A DNA stretch of 62,390 bases, filler included, from a bacterium (lineage in GTDB: Bacteria > JALSQH01): assembly GCA_027004335.1 (NCBI GenBank). It is 9 parts of 9 records of this genome, joined end to end, with 100 filler letters (N's around TTAATTAATTAA, not from the genome) between each part and the next. Parts side by side here need not be neighbours in the genome. Positions count along the whole stretch, not along the records: positions 9,894 to 19,623 come from JALTID010000134.1; positions 19,724 to 23,005 come from JALTID010000135.1; 7 more parts are not named here. The stretch is one strand, 5' to 3'. Below the pieces are notes generated by a model that ran no database searches, had not been told where the DNA came from, and saw nothing but the letters and a program-made list of their open reading frames with translations. The translations under genes and the position numbers were made by a program. Below are positions 9,895 through 20,390 of this stretch, piece after piece (position 1 is the first letter of the stretch; each line of letters begins with the position of its first letter).

Positions 9895-10032
9895 AACACT
9901 TTTGTTACAATTATGGGGCTTGAAGGAGCGGAAAAATACAGAGATTCTCTGTTTGCTGAGGTCATGGATGTGATTCCTCCTCGAAGCATTCTTGCTGAAA
10001 TGGTAAAATTTATTGTAAGGAGAGATTATTAG
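9895..10032 (+). CDS. ispA: Polyprenyl (farnesyl/geranyl) diphosphate synthase, C-terminal fragment
   Basis: Hand translation NTFVTIMGLEGAEKY...LAEMVKFIVRRDY* matches IspA C-termini. It lies directly upstream of dxs, the conserved ispA-dxs order. Confidence 0.8.
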   Translation, partial: NTFVTIMGLEGAEKYRDSLFAEVMDVIPPRSILAEMVKFIVRRDY

Positions 10033-10041
10033 GAGGCTCTC

Positions 10042-11916
10042 ATGTTGTTAGAGAAAATCAGTTCCCCGGAGGACCTGAGGAAACTAAATATTGATGAACT
10101 GAACACCCTTGCAGATGAAATAAGAAGATACATTATTCAGGTGGTATCCAGAACGGGCGGCCACCTTGCTCCCAGTCTTGGAGCTGTGGAACTTACACTG
10201 GCATTGCATTATGTGTTTGATACTCCGAAAGATGTTATTGTATGGGATGTTGGACATCAGGCGTACGCACATAAGATTATTACAGGGAGAAAAAATGATT
10301 TTAAAAAACTCAGACAATTTGGTGGAATAAGTGGTTTTCTTTCAAGGGACGAAAGTGAATATGATGTTTTCGGGGCAGGTCACAGTAGTACTTCAATTTC
10401 AGCAGCGTTAGGAATAAGGGAAGCCCTTGATAAAAAGGGTGAAAAAGATACTAAGGTTATTGCAGTGATTGGTGATGGTGCACTAACTGCTGGTGTTGCT
10501 TTTGAAGCTTTAAATAATGCTGGTGCTAAAGAAGATAAAGATATTATTGTCATTTTAAATGATAATGGAATGAGTATTTCTCCCAATGTTGGTGCAATTG
10601 CATCTTTTTTAAGCAGGAAAATGACAGGGAAGTTAATGACTTCCCTGAGAAATGATGTAAAGAATTTTTTGAAAAAATTGGGTGTTCCCGGAGCTATTGA
10701 TCTTGTACGGAGAATAGAAGATTCAATGAAAAGCATAATCTCCCCCAGTTCTCTTTTTGAATCGTTTGGTTTTACATATCTTGGACCCATTAATGGTCAT
10801 AAAATTGAAGAGCTAATTGAGGTTTTCAGGAATGCCAAAATACAGAAGAGACCCCTTCTTATCCATGTGTTAACAAAGAAAGGAAAAGGTTATGCTCCTG
10901 CAGAGATGAATCCAGAGAAATTTCACGGTGTCGGGCCATTTGATGTGAGCAGCGGAGAATTTTCAAAAAGCAAGAAACCTCCTTCCTATACATCAATATT
11001 TTCAAACACTTTGATAAAACTTGCCAAAAGTGATGAAGATATTGTGGCAATTACTGCTGCTATGCCTTCAGGAACAGGTCTGAATAAGTTTAAAGAGGTT
11101 TTCCCGGATAGGTTTTATGATGTTGGTATAGCTGAACAGCACGCCGTCCTCTTAGCTGCTGGTATGGCAATAAAAGGACTTAAACCTGTCGTGGCTATAT
11201 ATTCTACCTTCTTGCAGAGAGCTTTTGATCAGTTGATTCATGATATAGCTCTTCAGAATTTGTCTGTTATTTTTGCTCTGGACAGGGCTGGAATAGTGGG
11301 AGAGGATGGTCCCACCCACCATGGTATTTTTGATCTCAGTTATCTCAGACTCATTCCAGGTTTTACCGTTGCTGTTCCTAAGGATGAAAACGAACTTAAG
11401 GATCTGCTTTACTCTGCTTTTCAGTGGGGGAGTGGCCCCAAAGCTATCAGATATCCCAGAGGGGCGGGGGTGGGCGTTGAAGTGACGGAAGCCTTTAATT
11501 TAATTCCTGAGGGTCAGTGGGAGATTTTAAAGGAGGGGCACAGTGGAGTTATTTTTGCAACGGGTTATGGTGTATATCCTTCGCTAAGGGTTGCCGATAA
11601 ACTTGCAGCAGAAGGAATTAATCTTGCAGTTGTTAATGCGAGATTTATTAAGCCTCTTGATGATAAGATATTGAAGAATTACCTCCACTTACCTGTTGTA
11701 TTTGTTGTGGAAGAGAACAATATTGTAGGTGGGTTGGGTGGAGCGATTTCTGAGTATTACTGTGACGATAAGGGCCCTATTGTTTTCAGAATAGGCATAA
11801 AGGACATGTTCCCTCCTGTGGGTTCCCAGAGCGATGTGAGGAAATTTGTGGGGCTCGATGAGGAGGGGATCTATCTTCAGATAAAAAATCTCTATTCAAG
11901 GACTTCTCTTTCGTGA
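10042..11916 (+). CDS. dxs: 1-deoxy-D-xylulose-5-phosphate synthase
   Basis: GGHLAPSLGAVEL, WDVGHQAYAHK, GDGALTAG...LNDN (TPP-binding), DVGIAEQHA, GEDGPTHHG and IRYPRG. AGGAGG RBS. Confidence 0.98.
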   Translation: MLLEKISSPEDLRKLNIDELNTLADEIRRYIIQVVSRTGGHLAPSLGAVELTLALHYVFDTPKDVIVWDVGHQAYAHKIITGRKNDFKKLRQFGGISGFLSRDESEYDVFGAGHSSTSISAALGIREALDKKGEKDTKVIAVIGDGALTAGVAFEALNNAGAKEDKDIIVILNDNGMSISPNVGAIASFLSRKMTGKLMTSLRNDVKNFLKKLGVPGAIDLVRRIEDSMKSIISPSSLFESFGFTYLGPINGHKIEELIEVFRNAKIQKRPLLIHVLTKKGKGYAPAEMNPEKFHGVGPFDVSSGEFSKSKKPPSYTSIFSNTLIKLAKSDEDIVAITAAMPSGTGLNKFKEVFPDRFYDVGIAEQHAVLLAAGMAIKGLKPVVAIYSTFLQRAFDQLIHDIALQNLSVIFALDRAGIVGEDGPTHHGIFDLSYLRLIPGFTVAVPKDENELKDLLYSAFQWGSGPKAIRYPRGAGVGVEVTEAFNLIPEGQWEILKEGHSGVIFATGYGVYPSLRVADKLAAEGINLAVVNARFIKPLDDKILKNYLHLPVVFVVEENNIVGGLGGAISEYYCDDKGPIVFRIGIKDMFPPVGSQSDVRKFVGLDEEGIYLQIKNLYSRTSLS

Positions 11917-12644
11917 TCAAGAAGAAAAGAGCGGATATACTCATAGTTGAAAAAGGTCTTGCTCCTTCTCGTGAGAAAGCCAGAGCATTAATAATGGCAG
12001 GAGAGGTCTTTACTGACGACCAAAAGGTACTTAAACCTGGAGAATTTCTTCCCGTGGATGTGCAATTGCATATAAGAGAATCCATTCCATATGTGAGCAG
12101 AGGCGGTTTTAAGTTAGCTCATGCTCTTGATCATTTTAATGTATCTGTTAAAGGTAAAATTGCTCTTGACGCAGGGGCTTCCACAGGGGGATTTACCGAT
12201 GTGTTGCTTCAAAGAGGGGCAAAACTGGTCTATGCAGTTGATGTTGGTAGGGGTCAACTTGCGTGGAAGCTCCAGAGTGATAGAAGGGTGGTTGTTAGGG
12301 ACAGACTCAATATAAGATATATAAAAAGAGATGATCTTGATCCTCCTCCCGTAATTGCAACCCTTGACCTCTCTTTCATCTCTCTTACTCTTGTACTGGA
12401 ACCTGTAAAGGAAGTTCTTGAGAGAGATAAAGAAATTATTGTCTTAATAAAACCTCAATTTGAAGTGGGGAAAGAAAGGGTGGGGAAAGGTGGAATTGTA
12501 AGGAATGGGGAATATAGGATTAAAGCAGTGGAAAAGGTGATAAAATTTGCTGAAGCTATTGGATTAAGGTCAGAAGGTTATGTGGAATCACCAATTAGAG
12601 GACAGAAGGGAAATGTAGAATATCTATCATATTTTCACCTGTAA
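11913..12644 (+). CDS. tlyA: TlyA family rRNA (cytidine-2'-O)-methyltransferase
   Basis: S4 domain followed by YVSRGGFKL, LDAGASTGGFTD, DLSFISL, LIKPQFE and SPIRGQKGNVEY. GTGA overlap with dxs. Confidence 0.96.
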   Translation: MIKKKRADILIVEKGLAPSREKARALIMAGEVFTDDQKVLKPGEFLPVDVQLHIRESIPYVSRGGFKLAHALDHFNVSVKGKIALDAGASTGGFTDVLLQRGAKLVYAVDVGRGQLAWKLQSDRRVVVRDRLNIRYIKRDDLDPPPVIATLDLSFISLTLVLEPVKEVLERDKEIIVLIKPQFEVGKERVGKGGIVRNGEYRIKAVEKVIKFAEAIGLRSEGYVESPIRGQKGNVEYLSYFHL

Positions 12645-14306
12645 TTAGTTTTCTTTATCAGGAACTGCAAGATCAAGAATTACCTTCACAACAGGGTTCT
12701 TGCCTGTTACATTTCTGAGAAATCTTCTAACGGAAATTCTTATTTCTTCCTCAATTAAGAGCAGGTGTTCCCTATCAATTTTTCCCATCCTCTGAAAAGT
12801 TGTTGCAGCACTTTTATAGATATCTTCATAATACTCTTCCATTATTTCATCTTCAATTATACCCATGCTGAAAATTTTTGGTCCGTATAAGAATTCCTTT
12901 GAGGTTGTGATTATGCCAAAAATAACAAGAATCCCCTCTCTTGCCACAAATTTTCTTTTCTTCATTAAATCGCTTTGGATCTCTCCCAGGTATATTCCAT
13001 CCAGGTACATTACCTCTACAGGATATTCAAATTTTTCTACTGCACTACTACTTATGGTGACTCCCTCTCCATTCTGGAGAATAAAGGCCTTTTTGCTTCC
13101 CTCCTTCATTGCCAGTCTCCTATGTTTTTCAAGATGTCTATATTCCCCGTGTATGGGAATAAAAATTTCTGGTTTTGTAAGGTTGATCATTTCTCGTAGT
13201 TCTTCCTGATACCCATGGCCTGATGCATGGACATTGTGGAGTTTCTCATAATATACTTCTTTTGCGCCTAATTTGAAGAGGTTATTTATATAGGAATAAA
13301 TAGCTTTTTCCTGTCCGGGTATGAATTTTGCAGAGATGATAATTATATCATGGTTCTTGATTTTTATTTTTTTATCCTCGTTTCTTGAGATCCTGTAGAG
13401 TGTGGAGAAGGGCTCTCCCTGGCTTCCTGTAACAATTATTGTTAATTGAGAGTCTGGAATCCCCTTAATATCGCTTACGAAAATACTTTTTTCTTCCTCA
13501 GTTATGATTCCGTGTTCCTCGGCAATTTCCAGTGATTCTTTAATGCTTCTTCCACTTACAAAAACTTTTCTGTCTAACTGCTTTGAGATTTCTATTACTT
13601 CTTTTATCCGGGTAATATGGGAAGAAAATGTTGTAAATATTACTCTTCCTGGTGCTGATGAAAATAGGGAGTAAAGATACTTTTTTACTTCATATTCGGG
13701 AAGGGAATGCCCCGGCATTTCACTATTCGTGCTATCGGATAAAAGAACTTTAACACCTTTATTACTATAGTAAACGAAACGATCTCTACAGAATTTTTCT
13801 CCGTAAAGAGGTTTCGGATCAATTTTGAAATCGCCGGTATGGATTATTACGCCATCTCTGGAATCCAGTGCTATGGCAAAACTTTCAATCATGCTGTGGG
13901 TGACAGGGATAAATTCAATTTTCACATCCTCAAGAGGTATAACTCTATTTTCTGGTAATGGTTGCCACAGCGGTTTTGCGTTTGTGTCACTTTCTGAGAA
14001 TCTTTTTCGCGCCATGGCAAGTGTAATTGGGCCGCCGTAAATTGGGATATCTCTTGAAAGGAGTGAAAAAAGATAGGGCAGAGAACCTATATGATCATCA
14101 TGACCATGGGTGAGAAGGACTGCACTTATCCGTTCTTCATTTTCTAAAAGGTATCTGAAGTCTGGCATCAGAATGTCAACACCGTGATGGTAACATGACG
14201 GGAAACCTATCCCGGCATCAATTAAGAAAATATTATCATCAATCTCCACCACGGTGCTGTTCATACCTATTTCACCGCATCCTCCCAGAGGAAGGATTTT
14301 TATCAT
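12645..14306 (-). CDS. rnj: Ribonuclease J
   Basis: PLGGCGEIGMN, THGHDDHIG, HTGDFKID, DSTNS, TGSQGEP, HASGHG and PIHGEYRH. Confidence 0.96.
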   Translation of the reverse strand: MIKILPLGGCGEIGMNSTVVEIDDNIFLIDAGIGFPSCYHHGVDILMPDFRYLLENEERISAVLLTHGHDDHIGSLPYLFSLLSRDIPIYGGPITLAMARKRFSESDTNAKPLWQPLPENRVIPLEDVKIEFIPVTHSMIESFAIALDSRDGVIIHTGDFKIDPKPLYGEKFCRDRFVYYSNKGVKVLLSDSTNSEMPGHSLPEYEVKKYLYSLFSSAPGRVIFTTFSSHITRIKEVIEISKQLDRKVFVSGRSIKESLEIAEEHGIITEEEKSIFVSDIKGIPDSQLTIIVTGSQGEPFSTLYRISRNEDKKIKIKNHDIIIISAKFIPGQEKAIYSYINNLFKLGAKEVYYEKLHNVHASGHGYQEELREMINLTKPEIFIPIHGEYRHLEKHRRLAMKEGSKKAFILQNGEGVTISSSAVEKFEYPVEVMYLDGIYLGEIQSDLMKKRKFVAREGILVIFGIITTSKEFLYGPKIFSMGIIEDEIMEEYYEDIYKSAATTFQRMGKIDREHLLLIEEEIRISVRRFLRNVTGKNPVVKVILDLAVPDKEN

Positions 14307-14373
14307 TTTTTCAAAAGCTCCTCTTTTTATAAAAAAGTTTTATCGTAGAATATTTTATGTGGAGGAGAGTTCC

Positions 14374-15495
14374 ATGTCAAATCTAAGAATATATGTGCAT
14401 ATCCCTTTCTGTGTTTCCAGGTGCCCCTACTGTGATTTTGTGTCTTTTGCAATCAGAGATGAAGAGCTTTATCAGAAGTATGTCGGAGCTGTTTGCAGGG
14501 AGGCGGAGATCAGAAAAGAGGAATTCAGAGGAATGAGAGTTATCTCAATCTATTTCGGGGGAGGCACTCCTTCAATTTTCCCGGCATACCTTCTTGAGAA
14601 CTTGTTGGATTGTATTACTAAAAATTTTCCTCACATTCATCGTCATTCAGAGATAACCATTGAGGTAAATCCAGCCACCGTTGAAAGAGAAAATTTTGCT
14701 GTTTATAAAAAAGCAGGGTTTAACCGCGTTTCTATCGGGGTGCAAAGTTTAGATGATGCTGTTTTAAGATTCTTAGGGCGGATACATTCAGCTAAAAACG
14801 CTTTAGATTCTCTTGAAGAAGCCGTAAAGTTTTTTGAAAATGTCAGCGCGGATCTCATATGGGGAGTTATGGATGATTCTGATAAGAGAATCTTAAGTGA
14901 CCTCTCGGAATTTGTTAAAATGGGTGTTTCTCATCTCTCAACCTATCTTCTAACACTGGAGGAGGAAGTCCCACTCTACAAAAGATGGATAGGAGGTGAA
15001 TTTAAATTACCCGAGGAAGAAGTGCTTGAGAAATGGTACTATCTCATTTCTGATTTCCTTGAATCAAAGGGTTTTATCCACTATGAAATTTCCAATTTTG
15101 CCAGAAAGGGTAAATTTTCTGTTCATAACTGGGGTTACTGGATAAGGGATCCATATCTGGGTCTGGGGGTGGCGGCTCATAGTTTTAATATTGAGAAAAA
15201 CAGGAGATGTGAAAATTACAGAGAGTTAAGAAAATATTTTTCAGCAGTTAATGAGGGTAAATATCCATTTGAGATGTCAGAAAATTTAGATGAAAATGAA
15301 GCCATTTTTGAGAAGGTCTGGCTTTCTTTAAGAACGAATTCAGGGATATCTGAAGAACTTCTCTCTGAGATAGCAGGAAAGGAAAAAGTGAAAGAATTGA
15401 TCTGGTCAGGGTTGCTTAAAAGGAGGGGAAAAAGGATAATCGTCCATCCCGGAAAATGGTTTCAGCAGGAGGCGATAATTAAGGCACTTACATAA
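14374..15495 (+). CDS. hemW: Radical SAM heme chaperone HemW (HemN-like)
   Basis: YVHIPFCVSRCPYCDF, YFGGGTPS, NRVSIGVQS, HYEISNFA and HNWGYW (the HNxxYW HemW signature). Start moved to the ATG at 14374 after GGAGGAG. Confidence 0.92.
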   Translation: MSNLRIYVHIPFCVSRCPYCDFVSFAIRDEELYQKYVGAVCREAEIRKEEFRGMRVISIYFGGGTPSIFPAYLLENLLDCITKNFPHIHRHSEITIEVNPATVERENFAVYKKAGFNRVSIGVQSLDDAVLRFLGRIHSAKNALDSLEEAVKFFENVSADLIWGVMDDSDKRILSDLSEFVKMGVSHLSTYLLTLEEEVPLYKRWIGGEFKLPEEEVLEKWYYLISDFLESKGFIHYEISNFARKGKFSVHNWGYWIRDPYLGLGVAAHSFNIEKNRRCENYRELRKYFSAVNEGKYPFEMSENLDENEAIFEKVWLSLRTNSGISEELLSEIAGKEKVKELIWSGLLKRRGKRIIVHPGKWFQQEAIIKALT

Positions 15496-15539
15496 TATAT
15501 TCGTAATCTTCCTGTTTGTTTTGTATTTGTGAGAAAAGT

Positions 15540-15548
15540 TGATATAAT
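15540..15548 (+). promoter_or_regulatory. Putative extended -10 sigma70 promoter
   Basis: TGaTATAAT, 27 nt upstream of the ATG at 15576. Confidence 0.5.
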
Positions 15549-15575
15549 ATGAGAAAATCGTAATGGAGGGAAAAA

Positions 15576-16130
15576 ATGAAAAAGTACCTTTTCCTGGTTG
15601 TTGCTTTATTACCCTTTGCGTTTTCTCCTTCTCCTCTGTCAGCTTTTAATTTTGATCTCGCCCTTAGGTTGGGAGTAATGAAAGTGCAACATCCTGATTA
15701 TACTGAAACAAAGTGGGGCTTCGGAGCAGATGGTGCTGTATCTATGGGGATCACACATCTCGTAGGGGCTGAGTTAAGGACCGGCTATTGGGATGTTAAG
15801 GTAAAGAATCCCGAAATAAATATTTCCAGTGGGAAAATCTCATTACATTTTCTCAAGTTATATCCAACTGTTGCTTCAATAAAGATTCATCCTTTATATT
15901 TTATTCCTATAATCGATCCATATGTAATCCTGGGGCTCGGCATGTGGAAAATAAAGGAAGAAAATAAATCTTCCTACAATGGCTTTGGAGGAGATGGAGG
16001 AGTAGGGGTATCTGTAAAGGGTGGATGCTTTGGATTTGATATAAGATTTTTGATGGAAAGACCTGATTTTAAGAGTTCTTTCACAGATTATAAGATCACT
16101 CTTGCACCGGTGCTTTATTTGGGTTTTTAA
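15576..16130 (+). CDS. Small outer-membrane beta-barrel protein
   Basis: Signal peptide, alternating amphipathic strands, IDPYVILGLG and a C-terminal YLGF (terminal Phe). GGAGG RBS. Confidence 0.75.
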   Translation: MKKYLFLVVALLPFAFSPSPLSAFNFDLALRLGVMKVQHPDYTETKWGFGADGAVSMGITHLVGAELRTGYWDVKVKNPEINISSGKISLHFLKLYPTVASIKIHPLYFIPIIDPYVILGLGMWKIKEENKSSYNGFGGDGGVGVSVKGGCFGFDIRFLMERPDFKSSFTDYKITLAPVLYLGF

Positions 16131-16220
16131 CTAATAATCTCAGAAGAGAGCCGACCATTTAAAGTTGTGGTGTTTTAGTTTTCTTGAAGTAGATGTTATA
16201 GGGTAAAAAGAGGTGTTAGG

Positions 16221-18875
16221 ATGAGATCTCTATGTGTAAAAAATTTTTGTATCATATTATTTTTCCTCTTTTTTGCCGGATGCCTATTTAGTTTGAAAAA
16301 AACAAAGGAGAAATTTCCAATGGCAGGAGATGTCATATCTTTCAAACTTGATAACGGTCTTACAGTTCTTTTGAAATCTGATCACAGGTCTCATGTTACT
16401 GCTGTTCAAATGTGGGTTAGAGTGGGAGGTGCTGACGAAAGTGATTCTGAAGCTGGTATATCCCATGTGGTGGAACATATGCTTTTTAAGGGTACCGAGA
16501 AAAGAGGAGTGGGGAAAATTGCGCGGGAAGTTGAATCTGTTGGTGGAGAAATAAATGCATACACTTCTGATGATGAGACTGTTTTTCATCTTGTGGTTCC
16601 TTCAAAATATACCTCCCTCGGGCTTGATATAATTGCTGATATGGTCCAGCATTCAAAGTTTGATCCAAAAGAGTTTTCAAAGGAGAAGGCTGTTATTCTT
16701 GAGGAGATAAGGAGAGGAAAAGATGAACCGAGGAAGCAACTCTACGAAGATCTTATGAAATTGATTTACAAAAAACATCCCTATGGAAGACCTGTGATTG
16801 GGTATCCTGAAACGGTGGAAAAACTTACCAGGGATCAGGTTTATAGTCATTATAAGAAATGGTATGTTCCCAATAATATGATTCTTGTAGTTGTTGGTGA
16901 TTTTGATCCTCAGAAAGTAAAAAATGAAATAGAGGAACTCTACAAAAATTTTGAGCCACATCCTGTAAAACACCCTCGTCCTCAGGAGCCTTATTCTGAT
17001 CAATTAAGAGTAAAAGTTGTTAAAGCTGATGTTCCAAAAGCTTATATGGCTGTGGGTTTTTTAACTACACCTTTGAAGAATGGTAGTACAGTTCCCCTTG
17101 ATATTTTTTCAAGTTTTATAGCAGGTGAAAATAACAGGGTTCTTAATAGGATTCTTAAGGAACAAGAAAAGCTAGTTTACTTCCTCAGCAGTTATGATTA
17201 TACCCCTGTGGATAAGGGAGTTTTTATTATCACCGCCTATCTTGAACCATCTAAGATAACTACAACAGTGAGTGAGATATCAAAGGTTCTTAGAGAATAT
17301 AGAAGGGAAGAAATAAATGGGGATATGCTTGAACTTCTGAAAAAGGAGACAGAGAGAGAGTTTATTTTTTCTAAGGAGACTGTTCAGGGACAGGCCAGTG
17401 ATCTTGGTTCTTTTCAGCTTATTGGGGGTGATTACGGATATGAGGATAGTTATCTCCATCAAATAAAAAGTGTTAATCCCGAGAAAGTTCTGGCAGCAGT
17501 TAAAACCTTTTTGAAACCTTCAAGAGCGAGAATTCTTGTTATGATCCCGAAGAATTCTTCTATTTCTCCTGAAAAACTTGAGAATTCTATTAAAGAGGCA
17601 TGGAACTTAAAGGAGAGGAAAAGAATAGAGTATAAAGTAGAAAATCTCGGGGAAGTAAAGAAAGTCTTTCTTGGTGATTCTGCAGTCTTGATTTTTAGAC
17701 ACAGGGATTCTATTCCAACATCTGCAATTAGTATCGTGATGAAAGGTGGGTTGATTGCTGATCCCCCTGGAAGGGCAGGGTTGAATTATATTCTTGCTAC
17801 AATGTGGAGAAAAAGAACCCAGCATCTTTCACCTCAGGAACTTTCCGATGAGCTTGATAAGATCGGAGGGAGCATCTCTGTTACGCCGAACAGGGATATT
17901 ACTACATTAACTTTTACCTTTCTCAGCGAGTATCGTGAGAGAGCATATTCCCTTTTTAAAGAAATTCTTTTAGAGCCCATGTTTACGAAGGATGATCTTG
18001 AAGAAGCTCGCAGTGATGCCATAGCAATTCTTGAATCCCTTGAAAATAACATGTGGAGGTACACTCTTGGAGAATTCCTCAATCTCTACTATGGTAACTA
18101 TCCTTATGGTCATCTTCTTCAGGGGAAGATTTCTGATTTGAGGAAGGTAACTCTTGATGATGTCAAAGGAATGTATAAGAAACTTATTTCTCAAAAACCC
18201 ATAATTATTTCTGCAGTTGGTGATATAGAGTTTAATAGTTTTCTTAGGAATATGAAGGACTTAGCTTTTTCTTTGCCCCATGAAGAATTAGGAATTTCTA
18301 TTACAGAACCTCATGTAGTAACAGGAAAAGAAATATTTGAGAAGAAAGAGAAGAATCAGACCCATATACTGGTTGGTTTTCCTGGGGTGGCAATAAATAA
18401 TTCTAACAGAGTCCCTCTGGAAGTGATTGAAAATATCCTTTCTGGAATGGGTAACAGGCTTTTTGTTGATTTGAGGGATAAAAAGAGTCTTGCATATGTA
18501 GTCACAGCAGCAAATGTTTCACCTATGAAAAAAGGTTTTTTTATAATTTACCTAGCTACTGCTCCGGAAAAGGTGAATACAGCAATAAGTTCTCTTAAGG
18601 AAGAAATTAAAAAGATTATAAATAAAGGGTTTACTGAAAAGGAGCTTGAAAATGCTAAAGAGTATATGATAGGTTCTCTTGATGTGGCTCTGCAGGCTAA
18701 CAGTAGCATTTCAAATACCTATGCAATTAATCAATTTTATCATGACGACCCCCTTTTTCTGGAAAAGAAGAAAAAGATCATTGACGGAGTAACCCTGAAG
18801 GAGATAAATAAGCTGGCAAAGAAATTCTTTGTACTAGATGATGCAGATTGGGTGATCATAGGAGAGAAAAAGTGA
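16221..18875 (+). CDS. M16 (pitrilysin-family) zinc peptidase, probable lipoprotein
   Basis: LDNGL, GISHVVEHMLFKGT (HXXEH), NAYTS, HPYGRPVIG and YVPNNM, plus a second inactive M16 half with RLFVDLRDKKSLAY. Possible lipobox FFAG-C. Confidence 0.95.
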   Translation: MRSLCVKNFCIILFFLFFAGCLFSLKKTKEKFPMAGDVISFKLDNGLTVLLKSDHRSHVTAVQMWVRVGGADESDSEAGISHVVEHMLFKGTEKRGVGKIAREVESVGGEINAYTSDDETVFHLVVPSKYTSLGLDIIADMVQHSKFDPKEFSKEKAVILEEIRRGKDEPRKQLYEDLMKLIYKKHPYGRPVIGYPETVEKLTRDQVYSHYKKWYVPNNMILVVVGDFDPQKVKNEIEELYKNFEPHPVKHPRPQEPYSDQLRVKVVKADVPKAYMAVGFLTTPLKNGSTVPLDIFSSFIAGENNRVLNRILKEQEKLVYFLSSYDYTPVDKGVFIITAYLEPSKITTTVSEISKVLREYRREEINGDMLELLKKETEREFIFSKETVQGQASDLGSFQLIGGDYGYEDSYLHQIKSVNPEKVLAAVKTFLKPSRARILVMIPKNSSISPEKLENSIKEAWNLKERKRIEYKVENLGEVKKVFLGDSAVLIFRHRDSIPTSAISIVMKGGLIADPPGRAGLNYILATMWRKRTQHLSPQELSDELDKIGGSISVTPNRDITTLTFTFLSEYRERAYSLFKEILLEPMFTKDDLEEARSDAIAILESLENNMWRYTLGEFLNLYYGNYPYGHLLQGKISDLRKVTLDDVKGMYKKLISQKPIIISAVGDIEFNSFLRNMKDLAFSLPHEELGISITEPHVVTGKEIFEKKEKNQTHILVGFPGVAINNSNRVPLEVIENILSGMGNRLFVDLRDKKSLAYVVTAANVSPMKKGFFIIYLATAPEKVNTAISSLKEEIKKIINKGFTEKELENAKEYMIGSLDVALQANSSISNTYAINQFYHDDPLFLEKKKKIIDGVTLKEINKLAKKFFVLDDADWVIIGEKK

Positions 18876-19623
18876 TTCTTCATGATAATTTTAGACCTTC
18901 CGCTGAAATGGTGCGATGGGTAAAAAGTGTAAATTATGAAAAGATACCTCAAAGCATCAGAGAAATAACAAAATACCAGATTCTTGGTCTCCTTGGAGCT
19001 ATTTTTGGAAGCTTAAAAACCGATCTTGGCAAAAAAGTGATTAGGTTCTATGAAAAGCATTCTCAGATAGGAGAATTTCCCCTTCCTGGATCGGAGAAAA
19101 AGATTTCTTTAAAGGATTCTGTTGAAGCTTTTGCATCCCTCTCAATGCTTCTTGATTACGATGATTATCTTTTTATGGGTCATACAGGTCATTCTGCTGT
19201 GTGGGTATCTCTTCTCCCCGCTCTTGCTCTGGGAAGAAGTTCAAAAGATGTAATAAAGAGTATTGTAATTGGAAATGAAGTTGGGGGTAGACTTGGTGGC
19301 GCAGTACTCTTTGGTCCCCACAATGGGCAGATGTGGTCCTTTATCCATGGGGTAAATACTGCTTTAATTTATGGAAAGTTACTTGAACTTCCCTTTGAAT
19401 CACTACTTGACGCTGTAGGAATATATCTTTATCAGGCTAATTATCCACTCTATCCAGGATTTATGGGCTCTGAAGCTAAGATTTTTACTGCTGCACGGCC
19501 AATCAGGGAAGGCTTCTTTGCTGTGGAAGCAGCAGAAGATGGTTTCAGCGGTCATAGCAGGATCATTGAGGCAGAAAAGGGATTTTTAAAGAATTTTTCT
19601 TTTTCCCCCCTTGATTTTATGAT
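18872..19623 (+). CDS. MmgE/PrpD family protein, truncated at the segment end
   Basis: IPQSIREITKYQILGLLGAIF, LDYDD...GH, VIGNEVGGRLG and GFSG...IIEAEKGF. GTGA overlap with the M16 gene. Confidence 0.75.
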
Positions 19624-19723
19624 NNNNNNNNNNNNNNNNNNNNNNNNNNNNNNNNNNNNNNNNNNNNTTAATTAATTAANNNNNNNNNNNNNNNNNNNNN
19701 NNNNNNNNNNNNNNNNNNNNNNN
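19624..19723. other. Artificial contig linker
   Basis: N44-TTAATTAATTAA-N44. Confidence 0.99.
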
Positions 19724-20387
19724 TTCCGAATCTCCTTGCTCCAGGAGAAGCTTTAAGAGAATAGATCTCGTTTATTATTTTTACCATATCATCAGCTGGA
19801 ATGTATTTAAGAGGGATAACCTCCATTTTAATTTCACCACCAGATGTGTCTATTACAGAAATTATCTTCAAAATTGTGTTAATAACTTTTCCAGTCTCTC
19901 TTAAAATAAGAACATTTGTTGGAGCATAAGCAATGAGCTTTCCCTCGCTGGTAAGAAAATTTTTAATGATATTCTGCGCTTCTGTGGCAGAAACAAAACT
20001 TAAGGGAATAATTTTAATAAAATACTCATCAGTTGCTGGCATATATCCTTTACCTACATAAACTCTAAGTGGTTCCCCCGTGATGTTACCTGTCTTAATT
20101 ATTTTATAGATTCTACCAGCTCTCACAGTAGTAAAGCCCTTCATCTTAAGTACAGTAAGGAAAACCCTATAAGCATCCCTTACGCTCATTTTTTCACCAC
20201 CAATAATAGTAACTTTCCCCCTGAGCTGGTCACTGACAATAAAAGATTTCCCTGTCAGCTTGCTTATGGCTTTTACTACATCCAGCACCCCTGCGTTATT
20301 AAAAGAAAAAGTTACACTCCTCCCATGTAGTGACCCTGAAAAAATGAAAAGAAAAAGAAAAACAATTATTGCACATTCTTTTCTCAT
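19724..20387 (-). CDS. gspD: Type II secretion secretin GspD, N-terminal part (N0-N1 and start of N2)
   Basis: Signal peptide; FNNAGVLDVVKAISKLTGKSFIV...LRGKVTI (N0 domain); IIPLSFVSA, YAPTNVLIL and VIPLKYIPA (Secretin_N repeats). Follows gspC. Confidence 0.93.
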
Positions 20388-20390
20388 TTT

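Noticed and set aside
14254-14373. Long N-terminal extensions in the ORF track (hemW 14254, DUF72 24507, PrpD 18848, rnc 50335)
   Set aside because: Downstream starts have better RBS or overlap context and match family N-termini.
18872-20387. Functional links across linkers (e.g. PrpD with gspD, or the LVIVD lipoprotein with the acyl-CoA ligase)
   Set aside because: The genes are on different contigs, so the adjacency is artificial.
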